From: Fibrobacterales bacterium
Lineage (GTDB): Bacteria > Fibrobacterota > Fibrobacteria > Fibrobacterales > JAOPTW01
Assembly (NCBI GenBank): GCA_051532035.1
Contig: JAOPTW010000033.1
Span: 1-64,000 of the forward strand
DNA length: 64,000 bases
Direction of reading: 5' to 3'
The translations under genes and the position numbers were made by a program. Positions 20,304-30,126 of the stretch are shown piece after piece (position 1 is the first letter of the stretch; every line of letters starts with the position of its first letter). Under the pieces are notes generated by a model. The model ran no database searches and was not told the DNA's origin. It saw nothing but the letters and a program-made list of their open reading frames with translations.

Positions 20304-22520
20304 GTGCCCATGGTACCCATTCATATATATTCACTGTTCGTAGTGATTTTCTTAGTGTTATCAGGAGTATTCACACCGGTGATTGCAGGTCCTGTAGTTT
20401 CTGATCATACCAAGACACTTGAGGAAAAGTTAGATGCAGTACTGAAACTTTATAAGAATGATGGAAAATTGGGGCTCTCAATTTATTCACCACAAAAAAA
20501 TAAGGTACTTCACGGTATTAATGCTGACTCGCTTTTTAGACCTGCATCAACATTGAAGTTATTGGTCACCTCAACTGCCCTTCATAAGTTGGGCACTGAG
20601 TATCAGCCAACTACAGACTTAGCATTGAATGGTGTCCAAGAAGGGGCAACCTTTTGGGGATGGGCAACCATTACCGGTGGGGGAGATCCCAATATTTCAG
20701 CTCGGTATTTTGGTAAGCCACTGATAGCATTTACCCCTTGGATTGACTCTCTCAAGGCATTAGGTATTGATACCATTCGCGGGAATCTCACCTTTGATCA
20801 CAGTTATTATCCTGATCCGTTTAGACCGACAACCTGGAAAGAGGATTTTTTTCTTAATTGGTATGGTGCAGAAATTGCAGCACTCACATTTAATGACAAC
20901 TGTGTCGATATAACGGTTACTCCATCAGCGATTGGTAATGAGGTTGCAGTAGGTCAGTCGCCCGAAATAGGATTTCTTAAGGTGATTAATAAAGCCAAAA
21001 CTGTTAGGGGGAATCGTCAACGATTGGTGTATCATTTAGGTGCAGATGATAATAATCTTACTATAAATGGTTCAATAGGTATACACTCTGGAGAGTGGAA
21101 ACTCTCTGTTCCGGTAAAAAATCCCCCCTTATTTTTTGAAGCGTCACTTCGCTCTGCACTTACAATGGCAGGTATAACTATTATTGACGGGACTCCTGAT
21201 GAAGCTCCTGGTGGAGCAGTGAGTCGCATTGTGACATGGCCTCTTACTACTGCCCCACTTCTTAGTTTGTTGGATGAGATTAACCAACGTTCACAAAACC
21301 TTCATGCTGAAATGCTTCTCAGAAATCTTGGCGGTCACTTTTATGGATCGGGATCTTTAGAGAATGGTATTCGAGTAGAACAGGAGTTTTTACAAAGCAT
21401 CGGTATTGACTCTACCCAGTTTCATCTTCTGGATGGGAGTGGGCTTTCGTACGGAAACCGAATCTCACCAAAGGCGATGACCAGTGTGCTCACCTCAATG
21501 CTGAGGCATCCTCAATCTGAACTCTTTTATCGGTCTCTTGCAATACCTGGAATAAGTGGTGTGTCGGGCAAAAGGCTCCCCAGTTTAAAGTATAAGAGTC
21601 GTGTTCGGTTTAAAACTGGTTTTGTTAATTATACACAAGGGCTTGTGGGGTATATACAAACCCCTACTTATGACACCTTAGCTGTAGCGCTTTATTTAAA
21701 TGAATATCGTATCGATGATTATGATGCTCAAAAATTGATGGATAGTCTCTGGTGTGAGATAACTAATCATTTTAATCAAGAACAGGAGAGCGTGCTGAAG
21801 GCACGAAAGTTGTGGTACCCCATAAAAGATACTCTGTATCAAAATCGGCTTATGGCATTTAGCAAGCGGCTCATGGGTGAGCCCTACAAGCTTGGCCCAA
21901 CTGGTGAAGGAGTCCATGGGTTAGTTGAAAATAAACCACTCATCAACATGTTTAAATTTGATTGTGTGACCTATATTGAGAGCGTTATGGCTCTTGCCCG
22001 TGCTACCTCACCTGATTCTATACTTTCTGAGCTGAGCAATATTCGGTATAAAGAGGGGCAGGTCTATTACTCAATGCGTAAACACTATTTTATTGAAGAT
22101 TGGATAGGGGCAAGCCCCGACTTAGTAGAGATCCTTCGGCTGCAAGGGGACTCTGTTGGGGTGCGTGAAATGGATAAAAAGGGTTTTTACGGAAGTAAGG
22201 GTTGGGAGTATAAATTTGACAACCCTCAAGTAACTTTGAATGTACTCCCCATTGATTTAGCCATTGAACGCTATGCAGTAAAATATCAGGATGAGAGTCG
22301 TATATTGGGTGTCGGTTTGGTAGGGAAATATCCAAAAATATGGGTAACTCATACGGGATTTCTACTTTTCAATCCAGGAGAGGCTCCGACCTTTCGGCAT
22401 GCAAGCTTTAAACATAAAAAGGTTGAAGAAGTTCCTTTTTCAGAATATCTTAAAAGTAGACTGGGGTCAATTATTGGTATCGTGCTCTTTGAATTTAAAG
22501 AGCCGGGAGGTAGACAATGA
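20304..22520 (+). CDS. dacB: PBP4/DacB (S13) DD-peptidase fused to a DUF1460 amidase-like domain
   Basis: SxxK (PASTLK), SQN, KTG; C-terminal FDCVTYIE, THTG, FRHAS. Confidence 0.85.
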   Translation: MPMVPIHIYSLFVVIFLVLSGVFTPVIAGPVVSDHTKTLEEKLDAVLKLYKNDGKLGLSIYSPQKNKVLHGINADSLFRPASTLKLLVTSTALHKLGTEYQPTTDLALNGVQEGATFWGWATITGGGDPNISARYFGKPLIAFTPWIDSLKALGIDTIRGNLTFDHSYYPDPFRPTTWKEDFFLNWYGAEIAALTFNDNCVDITVTPSAIGNEVAVGQSPEIGFLKVINKAKTVRGNRQRLVYHLGADDNNLTINGSIGIHSGEWKLSVPVKNPPLFFEASLRSALTMAGITIIDGTPDEAPGGAVSRIVTWPLTTAPLLSLLDEINQRSQNLHAEMLLRNLGGHFYGSGSLENGIRVEQEFLQSIGIDSTQFHLLDGSGLSYGNRISPKAMTSVLTSMLRHPQSELFYRSLAIPGISGVSGKRLPSLKYKSRVRFKTGFVNYTQGLVGYIQTPTYDTLAVALYLNEYRIDDYDAQKLMDSLWCEITNHFNQEQESVLKARKLWYPIKDTLYQNRLMAFSKRLMGEPYKLGPTGEGVHGLVENKPLINMFKFDCVTYIESVMALARATSPDSILSELSNIRYKEGQVYYSMRKHYFIEDWIGASPDLVEILRLQGDSVGVREMDKKGFYGSKGWEYKFDNPQVTLNVLPIDLAIERYAVKYQDESRILGVGLVGKYPKIWVTHTGFLLFNPGEAPTFRHASFKHKKVEEVPFSEYLKSRLGSIIGIVLFEFKEPGGRQ

Positions 22521-23470
22521 GAATAATGATAATAGTTGCACTGGTAAGTGTATCACTTTGGTCTTTTAATCCAGAGGAGTTCTGTTCGGGAATCTATAAT
22601 TGTCTCGCTATTCAATCAGCTGAATGTAGTGACTCTCTTATTGTTAAAAATGAAGACATTGAATATGACTCAACCTTTTGTAGTATCTATCAAGAAGCTC
22701 AGTCTCGGGGACTTCAGCCTGATAGGCCAGAGACACGAGAGCTTTATTCAAATTTAGGCATTGAGCATAGAGTGACCTATGTAGTAGAAGGTGATCTCCC
22801 TATTTCAAAAAAGATGCTCGATTTTTTATTAGGTGATATTCCTCATACTGCACTGCTGATTAACGCCTATCAAGAGACAGAGTATGAGGCTGGGTACACT
22901 ACTCTTGATCATAAAACCTTTCATGGCACTAATGGTGGATCATTAAAAGGGACAATTAGTGAGCTTGCAGACAATCCGAGTAAGAGAGAGATTACCTATT
23001 TTGGGTATGGTGTAACAGAGGTACTTTTTTGGTCGCTTCGTGGAACGGTACTCTTTTTCTTTGAATTTCAAGAGACAGCAGAAAAAGAAGTTCATTATGC
23101 ATTAACGGTTACGGTGTTTAATCGAAGCTCCATCATTAATGGAATTATGGATTTGGGCATGTTCCGATCGGTTGTCCATTCAAAAATTGAAAAAATTATT
23201 AATCATATTAAAGAATCAGCTCATGAGTATGCTATGGGTAATTCTGAGCCTATTGATGAGTATGAAAAACTGAAAACAGAGCTTGCTCAAGAATTTTTAC
23301 GAAAACTACGTATGGTCGACGATACTGTTGTGGTCCTTCGTGAGGCTGTGCCACCAAAGGTAGATGATGGTGATAGCTTTATCGTAGAGACTGTAGATCA
23401 AATGGTGCCGAGTCACACTCACATAGAGAACCCCTCTGATACGAGTGTGCCAGTAGCTGCACCCAGATAA
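22517..23470 (+). CDS. Exported hypothetical protein
   Basis: Signal peptide; ATGA overlap with dacB, GGAGG RBS. Confidence 0.7.
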   Translation: MRIMIIVALVSVSLWSFNPEEFCSGIYNCLAIQSAECSDSLIVKNEDIEYDSTFCSIYQEAQSRGLQPDRPETRELYSNLGIEHRVTYVVEGDLPISKKMLDFLLGDIPHTALLINAYQETEYEAGYTTLDHKTFHGTNGGSLKGTISELADNPSKREITYFGYGVTEVLFWSLRGTVLFFFEFQETAEKEVHYALTVTVFNRSSIINGIMDLGMFRSVVHSKIEKIINHIKESAHEYAMGNSEPIDEYEKLKTELAQEFLRKLRMVDDTVVVLREAVPPKVDDGDSFIVETVDQMVPSHTHIENPSDTSVPVAAPR

Positions 23471-23478
23471 GGAATAGA

Positions 23479-24150
23479 ATGAATAGTTATGATTTAGATA
23501 AAGAAGCACTTCTTAAAGAGTATGGGGATAAACTGACTGAACGTCGTATTACTCTTCTCAATCAAGCGCTTCAGCAAAGAACCCGCCACTTTACCTTAGT
23601 CCTCGAAGATCTTTTCGATCCCCATAATATTAGTGCACTCATTCGTACCTCAGAAGTGTATGGACTACAGGATGTGCATGTGATTGAAGAAGAGAATCCT
23701 TACCGTATTAGTAAGTCAGTACTTAAAGGGTCGTTTAAGTGGCTCAATCTCTATAAGTATAAACAGAGAACACGGTGTATGGAAAGTTTGAGGGCCAAGG
23801 GGTATCAGATAGCCGTGGCATCAACTAATACCGATAAAACAATAGATCAACTTGATTTATCGGTACCAACAGCTTTTTATATGGGTGCAGAGTTTAGAGG
23901 GAATCATCCCGAGACTCTCGAAGAAGCAGACGTCCATTTTATACTGCCTCAATATGGTCTAACCGAGTCGATGAATGTATCGGTTGCAGGTGGAGTGCTT
24001 ATGACATACCTAGATGTGTATCTACGTCAAGAAGAACGAAGAGCGCAGTATGGCTTGAGTGAAGAGGAGAAAAAAGAACTTCAGTTTGATTGGTATGAAC
24101 GGTGTTGTTTTGGAATTGAGCGAAACTCACCTCTCACTCAAGTTGAGTAG
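23479..24150 (+). CDS. trmH: TrmH/SpoU-family tRNA 2'-O-methyltransferase
   Basis: DPHNISALIRTSE, MGAEFRG, ESMNVSVA. Confidence 0.85.
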   Translation: MNSYDLDKEALLKEYGDKLTERRITLLNQALQQRTRHFTLVLEDLFDPHNISALIRTSEVYGLQDVHVIEEENPYRISKSVLKGSFKWLNLYKYKQRTRCMESLRAKGYQIAVASTNTDKTIDQLDLSVPTAFYMGAEFRGNHPETLEEADVHFILPQYGLTESMNVSVAGGVLMTYLDVYLRQEERRAQYGLSEEEKKELQFDWYERCCFGIERNSPLTQVE

Positions 24151-24348
24151 TACTCTTTTGAAGTATTGAGAAGCTAAGATACTTTACTGAGCTCGTATTA
24201 GAAAAGGGCGATGAGTCTTCTCAATACTGTGCAGTAATTATTTTTATTATTACATTATATCGGAATTTATTAAGAACTATTATTGGGTTCACCAAAAATA
24301 CGCGATTTTTTTGTCTTATGTATGGTGTGCCACTTATTGGAGAATACT

Positions 24349-24642
24349 ATGATTAATCATATTGTGATGTGGAAAATGGGTGCATCTGAGAGTGCTTCGA
24401 AAGAGGAAAATATCCAGATAGCAGCAAAAATGTTGAATGAGCTTCCTTTTGTCATTAGTGAGATACAAAAGTTTGAGGTTGGCGTAAATTGGTGTGATGA
24501 ATCGACGGCATTTGATCTTGTATTGTATTCTGTCTTTGAATCACAAGAGAGTATGCATACCTATAAGGTGCATTCAGAGCATCAGAAAGTTGTGGAATTT
24601 ATGAAGACAGTTGTTACTGAACGTGCTGTGGTAGATTATTAA
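24349..24642 (+). CDS. Dabb-family stress-responsive alpha/beta barrel protein
   Basis: MINHIVMWK...FDLVLYSVF...Y.VH.EH...RAVVDY. Confidence 0.85.
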   Translation: MINHIVMWKMGASESASKEENIQIAAKMLNELPFVISEIQKFEVGVNWCDESTAFDLVLYSVFESQESMHTYKVHSEHQKVVEFMKTVVTERAVVDY

Positions 24643-24698
24643 GTTTGAGTTATACATCTTCATTGATGGTGATATCGAAAAAAAAGTGTAGGAGTAAT

Positions 24699-26180
24699 AT
24701 GAGTGTAAGTATTGAACAATTAATGAGTGAATCTGGTGTAACTTTTGGAACTTCAGGCGCGCGCGGGCTCGTCTCTGCAATGACTGATTCGGTTTGTTAT
24801 GCCTATACTCGAGCTTTTTTACAGCACCTTTCAGATGAAGGAACTCTTGTAGTTGGTGCGGGGGTCGCAATCGCAGGTGATTATCGGCCGAGTAGTGAAC
24901 GGATAATGACTGCTGTTGCACGTGCGGCTGAGGATGGTGGCTACACTGCAATAAATTGTGGGCCTATTCCTTCTCCAGCAGTGGCTCTCTATGGTATTGA
25001 TAGTGGTATTCCTGCTATTATGGTCACGGGAAGTCATATTCCGGATGATAGAAATGGCATTAAGTTTAATAAGTCGACTGGCGAGATCAATAAAGGTGAT
25101 GAAACTGGTATTAAAAGCCAGAGTGTCGAGATACCTGATGGGCTCTTTGATAATGCGGGAATGTTTATTGATACTGTTTCATTACCCGCTCAAACAATAG
25201 AAGCTGATGAGCGCTATATTGCACGATACGTTGATTATTTTGGTTCAAGTGCTCTTGCGGGTAAAACAGTTGGCCTTTATGAGCATTCTACGGTTGGTCG
25301 TGAAGAAATGTACCAAGTCTTAAGTGCACTGGGTGCAGATGTCATAAAGCTTGGGTATTCAGATACCTTTATACCGGTAGATACAGAGGCAATTCGCCCC
25401 GAAGATTGTGCCCTCGCCAAACAGTGGGCAGGCGAGCACTGTCTTGATGCAATTGCATCGGCTGATGGAGATTGTGATAGACCACTCTTGAGTGATGAAC
25501 GTGGTGTTTGGTTTCGTGGCGATGTATTAGGAGTACTGTGTGCTGAGTATTTAGGTGCAGATGCAGCAGCAACTCCAGTGAGCTGTAATACGGTAGCCGA
25601 AAAATCAGGTATTTTCAAAAAGGTTATGAGGACTCGCATTGGCTCGCCATTTGTTATTGCAGGGATGGAGCAGTTAGAATCTGAAGCATTTCAATCAATT
25701 ATTGGCTATGAGGCAAACGGCGGTTTTTTAACCTATTCACCTTTTCAGTCTGGTGATAAAGAGCTTAAGGCTCTGCCAACACGTGATGCTTTGTTGCCCA
25801 TAATTGCGACTCTATTACTATCAATTCAAAAAGAGACACGACTCAGTCAATTGGCAGGGGAATACCCAAGTAGATTTACTGCAAGTGATCGCTTAAAAGA
25901 GTTCCCTGTTGAAAAGAGTCGCTCGATTTTAGAGCGTTTTAATACTGGTTCATTTGAGTCAGATGCAGCGGCAATCGAGGAATTACTTAAGGATGAGTGT
26001 GGAACAGTCGATAGCATTGATAGAACAGATGGTGTACGGATAACCTTTCACAATCAAGAAATTGTTCATTTGAGACCTTCGGGCAATGCTCCAGAATTTA
26101 GGTGTTATGCAGAAGCAGAAAGTGATAACCGGGCAGTAGAATTGACACAAAAATGCCTAAAGAAGCTAAAAAAAGGTTAA
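24699..26180 (+). CDS. manB: Phosphomannomutase/phosphoglucomutase
   Basis: FGTSGARG, TGSHIP, DGDCDR, GYEANGG, RPSGNAPE. Confidence 0.85.
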   Translation: MSVSIEQLMSESGVTFGTSGARGLVSAMTDSVCYAYTRAFLQHLSDEGTLVVGAGVAIAGDYRPSSERIMTAVARAAEDGGYTAINCGPIPSPAVALYGIDSGIPAIMVTGSHIPDDRNGIKFNKSTGEINKGDETGIKSQSVEIPDGLFDNAGMFIDTVSLPAQTIEADERYIARYVDYFGSSALAGKTVGLYEHSTVGREEMYQVLSALGADVIKLGYSDTFIPVDTEAIRPEDCALAKQWAGEHCLDAIASADGDCDRPLLSDERGVWFRGDVLGVLCAEYLGADAAATPVSCNTVAEKSGIFKKVMRTRIGSPFVIAGMEQLESEAFQSIIGYEANGGFLTYSPFQSGDKELKALPTRDALLPIIATLLLSIQKETRLSQLAGEYPSRFTASDRLKEFPVEKSRSILERFNTGSFESDAAAIEELLKDECGTVDSIDRTDGVRITFHNQEIVHLRPSGNAPEFRCYAEAESDNRAVELTQKCLKKLKKG

Positions 26181-26253
26181 TCTCAGCTGAGATTATGTAG
26201 ATTAAAGGTCATGCCCATGAGTAGGTGGGCGATCAATCCAGGGGATCGTACAG

Positions 26254-26601
26254 TTGGATATGGATAAGATGAAACGGGGACGTTATTTTGATAGTGGTGA
26301 GTCGAGACCTGTAGAAGAAGAGGTCAGGCCTAAAGGTCGTTCCCGAAAACAATTGGAACAAGAGAATGCTGAGCGCAAAAAACAAGAGCAGCTACAGCGG
26401 CAAAAAGATCGAATGAAGCGAGAAATTCGACGTGAGCACCTCAACGGTCATGAAGAGGTGGATTATGATATTAAAGAACAGTGGGACCAAGAGAGTAAAA
26501 TTGCGGTTTATGCTATCTTTGGTTTGAAAACTCTGCTTATTTCATTTGTAATTTTTGAAATATATCATATGATCGTTTTCAAAAAATTCATGTTATTCTA
26601 A
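26254..26601 (+). CDS. Hypothetical protein, charged coil plus C-terminal TM helix
   Basis: Only sizeable ORF in the gap; hydrophobic C-terminus; start uncertain. Confidence 0.6.
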   Translation: MDMDKMKRGRYFDSGESRPVEEEVRPKGRSRKQLEQENAERKKQEQLQRQKDRMKREIRREHLNGHEEVDYDIKEQWDQESKIAVYAIFGLKTLLISFVIFEIYHMIVFKKFMLF

Positions 26602-26607
26602 TACTCT

Positions 26608-27189
26608 TTATTTTTCAAATATACCGAGAAGTGCATCATAAAAAGCTCGATCAGCCTTTTGGGGTGAAACATACTGAATATAGCCATCAGCTTTATTGTA
26701 CAGTTCCATTATAGGGCCGTGTGAATACCCTTTCTCGATGAGGAATTCGGTAAGGGGAGGGTAGACTTTTAGAATGCCAAAGAGTATGGATAGGTCTGAT
26801 TTGTAGGGAAATTGAGCAATAACACTAGGGACTGGCTTGTAGTCTGCGAGGTCAAATGATTCAGCAAGAGTCGTGATTTCCAAAGAGTCAGTAACTGGAA
26901 CAACACAACCAACGAGACTTCTAAGCTCAGATTCTTCTACCTCTTGGGGGTTATCCCAGTAAATGCCAAATTTCGTAGTACATCCAAAGTTGTGAGATGA
27001 GAGTTTTGTTGCGATGGTAAGAATTTTATCGCCCACAGTACTATAGCTACCTTTGTGCTTTTCATAGGCGAGAATATACCGTTTATTCTCTTGTTCTACG
27101 AATGTAACAGGGTCAAAGAGGTTGAAGTAATTAAGGATGATGCCGAGTAAGACCACTATGAGGAGAAGGGTTGATAGGATATATTTCAT
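26608..27189 (-). CDS. Membrane-anchored GyrI-like domain protein
   Basis: N-terminal TM; HKGSY, GIYWDNP, FPYKS.LSI, IMELY. Confidence 0.75.
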   Translation of the reverse strand: MKYILSTLLLIVVLLGIILNYFNLFDPVTFVEQENKRYILAYEKHKGSYSTVGDKILTIATKLSSHNFGCTTKFGIYWDNPQEVEESELRSLVGCVVPVTDSLEITTLAESFDLADYKPVPSVIAQFPYKSDLSILFGILKVYPPLTEFLIEKGYSHGPIMELYNKADGYIQYVSPQKADRAFYDALLGIFEK

Positions 27190-27208
27190 TTTGGTTCCTT
27201 ATGTGGTG

Positions 27209-27508
27209 TTAATAGGTTATTTCAAATGACTGAAAGTGTTCTATAGGTGCTTGCTCTGTGATCGCTACTGATTCTACTATTGCTGCTGGAGGCCCATGTT
27301 GACACCACTCATAGAGCGAGGTCAATTGCTCAGTTGTCCCACGGGCGACAATTGAAACGGAACCATCAGGATTGTTTTTTACCCAGCCAGTGAGAGTGAG
27401 CTGAGTAGCCTTTTGGTGTGTTGCATACCGGTAACTGACACCTTGGACTTTACCAGTAACTTTTATAGCATACTGTCTGATTACACTCTCTTGTTGTGAT
27501 GGGGCCAT
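27209..27508 (-). CDS. acyP: Acylphosphatase
   Basis: GKVQGVSYR, GWVKNNPDGSV, GPPAA. Confidence 0.9.
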   Translation of the reverse strand: MAPSQQESVIRQYAIKVTGKVQGVSYRYATHQKATQLTLTGWVKNNPDGSVSIVARGTTEQLTSLYEWCQHGPPAAIVESVAITEQAPIEHFQSFEITY

Positions 27509-27567
27509 AATCGTAGAGAGACCGTTCTTAATTTTCTATTTTGTAATAATAAAAACCCCATTGGGAT

Positions 27568-28356
27568 TTGGCGAGATACACGGTGAAAAAAGTAAAAGTT
27601 ACCTTTGAGGAATATTATAGTAGAGAACTTGGTGATCGGTGGCCAAATCTCAGGGCAGCGCTATTGGAGGAGAAAAGCTATTTTGAGCTCAAAGAGGGGC
27701 TCACGCAAAGTTACTTTTTAGATCCTGCATCAGTCCGAGCAGCATCGGCGCTCACTATTTCCGAAGGAGACATGATCCTGGACCTTTGTGCGGCTCCTGG
27801 GGGAAAATCGTTGGTAATTGCATCGACACTTCCTGCTAGAGCTCATTTAAAGGCAAATGAAAAATCTCCAGCGCGTCGTCAACGACTGATTAAAGTCCTC
27901 GATGAGCATCTTACAGAAGGGGTACGTTCTCACGCTGAAGTGACGGGGTATGATGCAACAACGTGGGGGCTATTTGAAAAAGAAGTTTATGATAAAATTC
28001 TTCTTGATGCTCCCTGCTCATCTGAAGCACATGTTATCCAATCGCCAAAACATCTTAATGAGTGGACGCCATCACGAGTAAAGCGACTATCACAACAGCA
28101 GTTTGCCATGGTTGCCAGTGCACTCGATGCGTTAAAAACCGGAGGTGAGATGATTTATAGTACCTGTGCTCTTGCGGATGCAGAAAATGATGGAGTGATA
28201 GAGAAGCTCCATAAAAAGCGTGCAGGTAAATTTGAGATACTTCCGGTAGAAGAAGAAATTGGAGAGCCGACAACGTATGGGTGGAAAATGTGGCCTGATA
28301 GGCATCCTGGTGTAGGGCCAATTTACTATTGCAAAATCAAAAAAATCATTTCATAA
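27568..28356 (+). CDS. RsmB/NOP2-family RNA m5C methyltransferase (short form)
   Basis: DLCAAPGGKS, DAPCS, YSTC; start uncertain. Confidence 0.9.
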   Translation: MARYTVKKVKVTFEEYYSRELGDRWPNLRAALLEEKSYFELKEGLTQSYFLDPASVRAASALTISEGDMILDLCAAPGGKSLVIASTLPARAHLKANEKSPARRQRLIKVLDEHLTEGVRSHAEVTGYDATTWGLFEKEVYDKILLDAPCSSEAHVIQSPKHLNEWTPSRVKRLSQQQFAMVASALDALKTGGEMIYSTCALADAENDGVIEKLHKKRAGKFEILPVEEEIGEPTTYGWKMWPDRHPGVGPIYYCKIKKIIS

Positions 28357-28364
28357 GCAAGATA

Positions 28365-29210
28365 CTACGAAAAGGGGTTCAATATCCTTTGGGTACGTAG
28401 TAGGTGCATGAGTGCGGTAATGGTATATACTCCTATAAAACTAAGGAGTGACAGTGCCAAAGCGTAACAGAAAAAGAGTGTGAGAGGAGCAACGGTCTTT
28501 TGGAAAAAGAGGGCACTCACATTTTGAGAAAACCCAGCAGCAGCCCCAATACTATTGAGAACGAGCAAGGTAATACTGATCGCTAAAAATCCAGAAAACA
28601 TCCCTTTAATATCCGGTGGGCTGAGTTCCATATGACTTGATATACTTATAGAGAGATAGATGAAGAGCCAGGTGGATGGTTCTCTGAATTGAAAGAGTGA
28701 TATAAGGTGATGGGTCGCAGTGAATAGTGCTGAGTAGAGGGAGTTACAGGCATTTTGTATTGAGGAGAGATCAATTACTGATGGCACAAAGTCATTGAAT
28801 GATGTGTCAAAAAAGGTGAGGGTTAATACCCAGAGCAGTGTAGAGCCAAGTAATAGCGGCCCGATACTGATGAAGAAATTTCCTATAAGGTGATAAGGGT
28901 TGTTAGGGTTGTATTGGTGTTCAATCGATCCAAGTTCAAATGTTTTTGGGTTAAAAAAGCTCGCACTGGTTATGGTATGGCCAAAAGGGATACAAAAAAT
29001 AAGGTGCCCAATTTCGTGAACGGGCACTCCTATCATACCAGTGATATACGAGTCAACCTTTTCAAGGCCGCTATTTCTGAGGCAAGCCCTCGTCCAACGA
29101 GAAAGTAAATAGAGCAACAGGCCGAAGCTGAGAAGGGGAACAAATATAAACCCAATATCACGTATGGTATTTAAAACACTTGTTGTAACTATTTCAATTA
29201 TGGTATTCAC
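28365..29210 (-). CDS. Polytopic membrane protein with HExxH (M50-like putative metallopeptidase)
   Basis: PVHEIGH, ISIGP, several TM helices. Confidence 0.6.
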   Translation of the reverse strand: MNTIIEIVTTSVLNTIRDIGFIFVPLLSFGLLLYLLSRWTRACLRNSGLEKVDSYITGMIGVPVHEIGHLIFCIPFGHTITSASFFNPKTFELGSIEHQYNPNNPYHLIGNFFISIGPLLLGSTLLWVLTLTFFDTSFNDFVPSVIDLSSIQNACNSLYSALFTATHHLISLFQFREPSTWLFIYLSISISSHMELSPPDIKGMFSGFLAISITLLVLNSIGAAAGFSQNVSALFFQKTVAPLTLFFCYALALSLLSFIGVYTITALMHLLRTQRILNPFS

Positions 29211-29998
29211 TATAATTCCGGTTTTGTACAGACAATATGAATATATCGCCCGAGTGATGCAAAGGGTTCTTTACGACAAAAATCCTCTTCCACAGCACAA
29301 AATGTATCAAGATCTTCGTGGGATACCGGAGCATGGAGGTAGTCGTTAAAGATGCGGATACCGCACTTGCTTTCTATGGTGTATCCCCATTCTGTAAGCC
29401 AAGAATACACTTCGTTTTGGTCGAGCGGGTTGCCCGGAGTGAAGCTTTTAGACTTACCAAATTGGAAAGAGCCGTCATCTCTATAGAAATTGCCCTTGAG
29501 GACGGTTTTCATTATAGCTGAGTTACGGTTATAGAACATGAGTGAGAGTTGCCCACCAGGGGCAAGAAGGGTTAACAGCTCACTGAGAGTCTCTTTTGGC
29601 TGTTCGAGCCACTCTAATACCGCATGAAAAAGAATCATAGGGTATTGAGGGCCAGAATAGGTAGCGGTATATTCTTGTATAGTGCTATGAATAGGGGTAA
29701 TGCGTGAGCCGTGGGAAACTGCGCTACACTCTTCTTTGGCGAGGGTGAGCATGTCTTGAGATGGCTCAACAAGGTCAATAGAAAAGCCCCGTTCAGCACA
29801 GCGAAGAGCGGTTCTACCAAAGCCTCCTCCTGCATCTAATATTGGGGCCTTTGATGATTTTGTTTTACTCAATAATAAGAGGTTGGTTTGCATGTCATTC
29901 CAGAGTATGTATTGCCGAATATACCCTTTATTTGAGTCATAGATGTTACGCCTAAATTTTTCTGCTTTTCCATCGAAAATGGTATCTTTAGATTGCAT
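29210..29998 (-). CDS. cmoM: CmoM/SmtA-like tRNA methyltransferase
   Basis: FD..AEKF.RNIY...KG.IRQ.ILW.D, LDAGGGFG, FHAVLEW, LGRYIH. Confidence 0.8.
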   Translation of the reverse strand: MQSKDTIFDGKAEKFRRNIYDSNKGYIRQYILWNDMQTNLLLLSKTKSSKAPILDAGGGFGRTALRCAERGFSIDLVEPSQDMLTLAKEECSAVSHGSRITPIHSTIQEYTATYSGPQYPMILFHAVLEWLEQPKETLSELLTLLAPGGQLSLMFYNRNSAIMKTVLKGNFYRDDGSFQFGKSKSFTPGNPLDQNEVYSWLTEWGYTIESKCGIRIFNDYLHAPVSHEDLDTFCAVEEDFCRKEPFASLGRYIHIVCTKPEL

Positions 29999-30126
29999 AA
30001 GAGACACTTTATTATTTTGATTTATGAGTGCTTAAGTATTGATATAGTGTAAATGTACTTTTTTACAATTGAGGTGTCTTTTATTGTGAAGAGTTGTATA
30101 ATTGCACTAAGAACCAAAGACTCAAA

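Noticed and set aside
24162..24228. 12-bp inverted repeat AGTATTGAGAAG/CTTCTCAATACT after trmH
   Set aside because: Single occurrence, long unpaired spacer, lacks the conserved loops of the 14.4/18.0 kb element.
26178..26195. Perfect 18-bp palindrome TAATCTCAGCTGAGATTA at the phosphomannomutase stop
   Set aside because: Single copy with no T-tract or other support; could be an operator but nothing ties it to a function.
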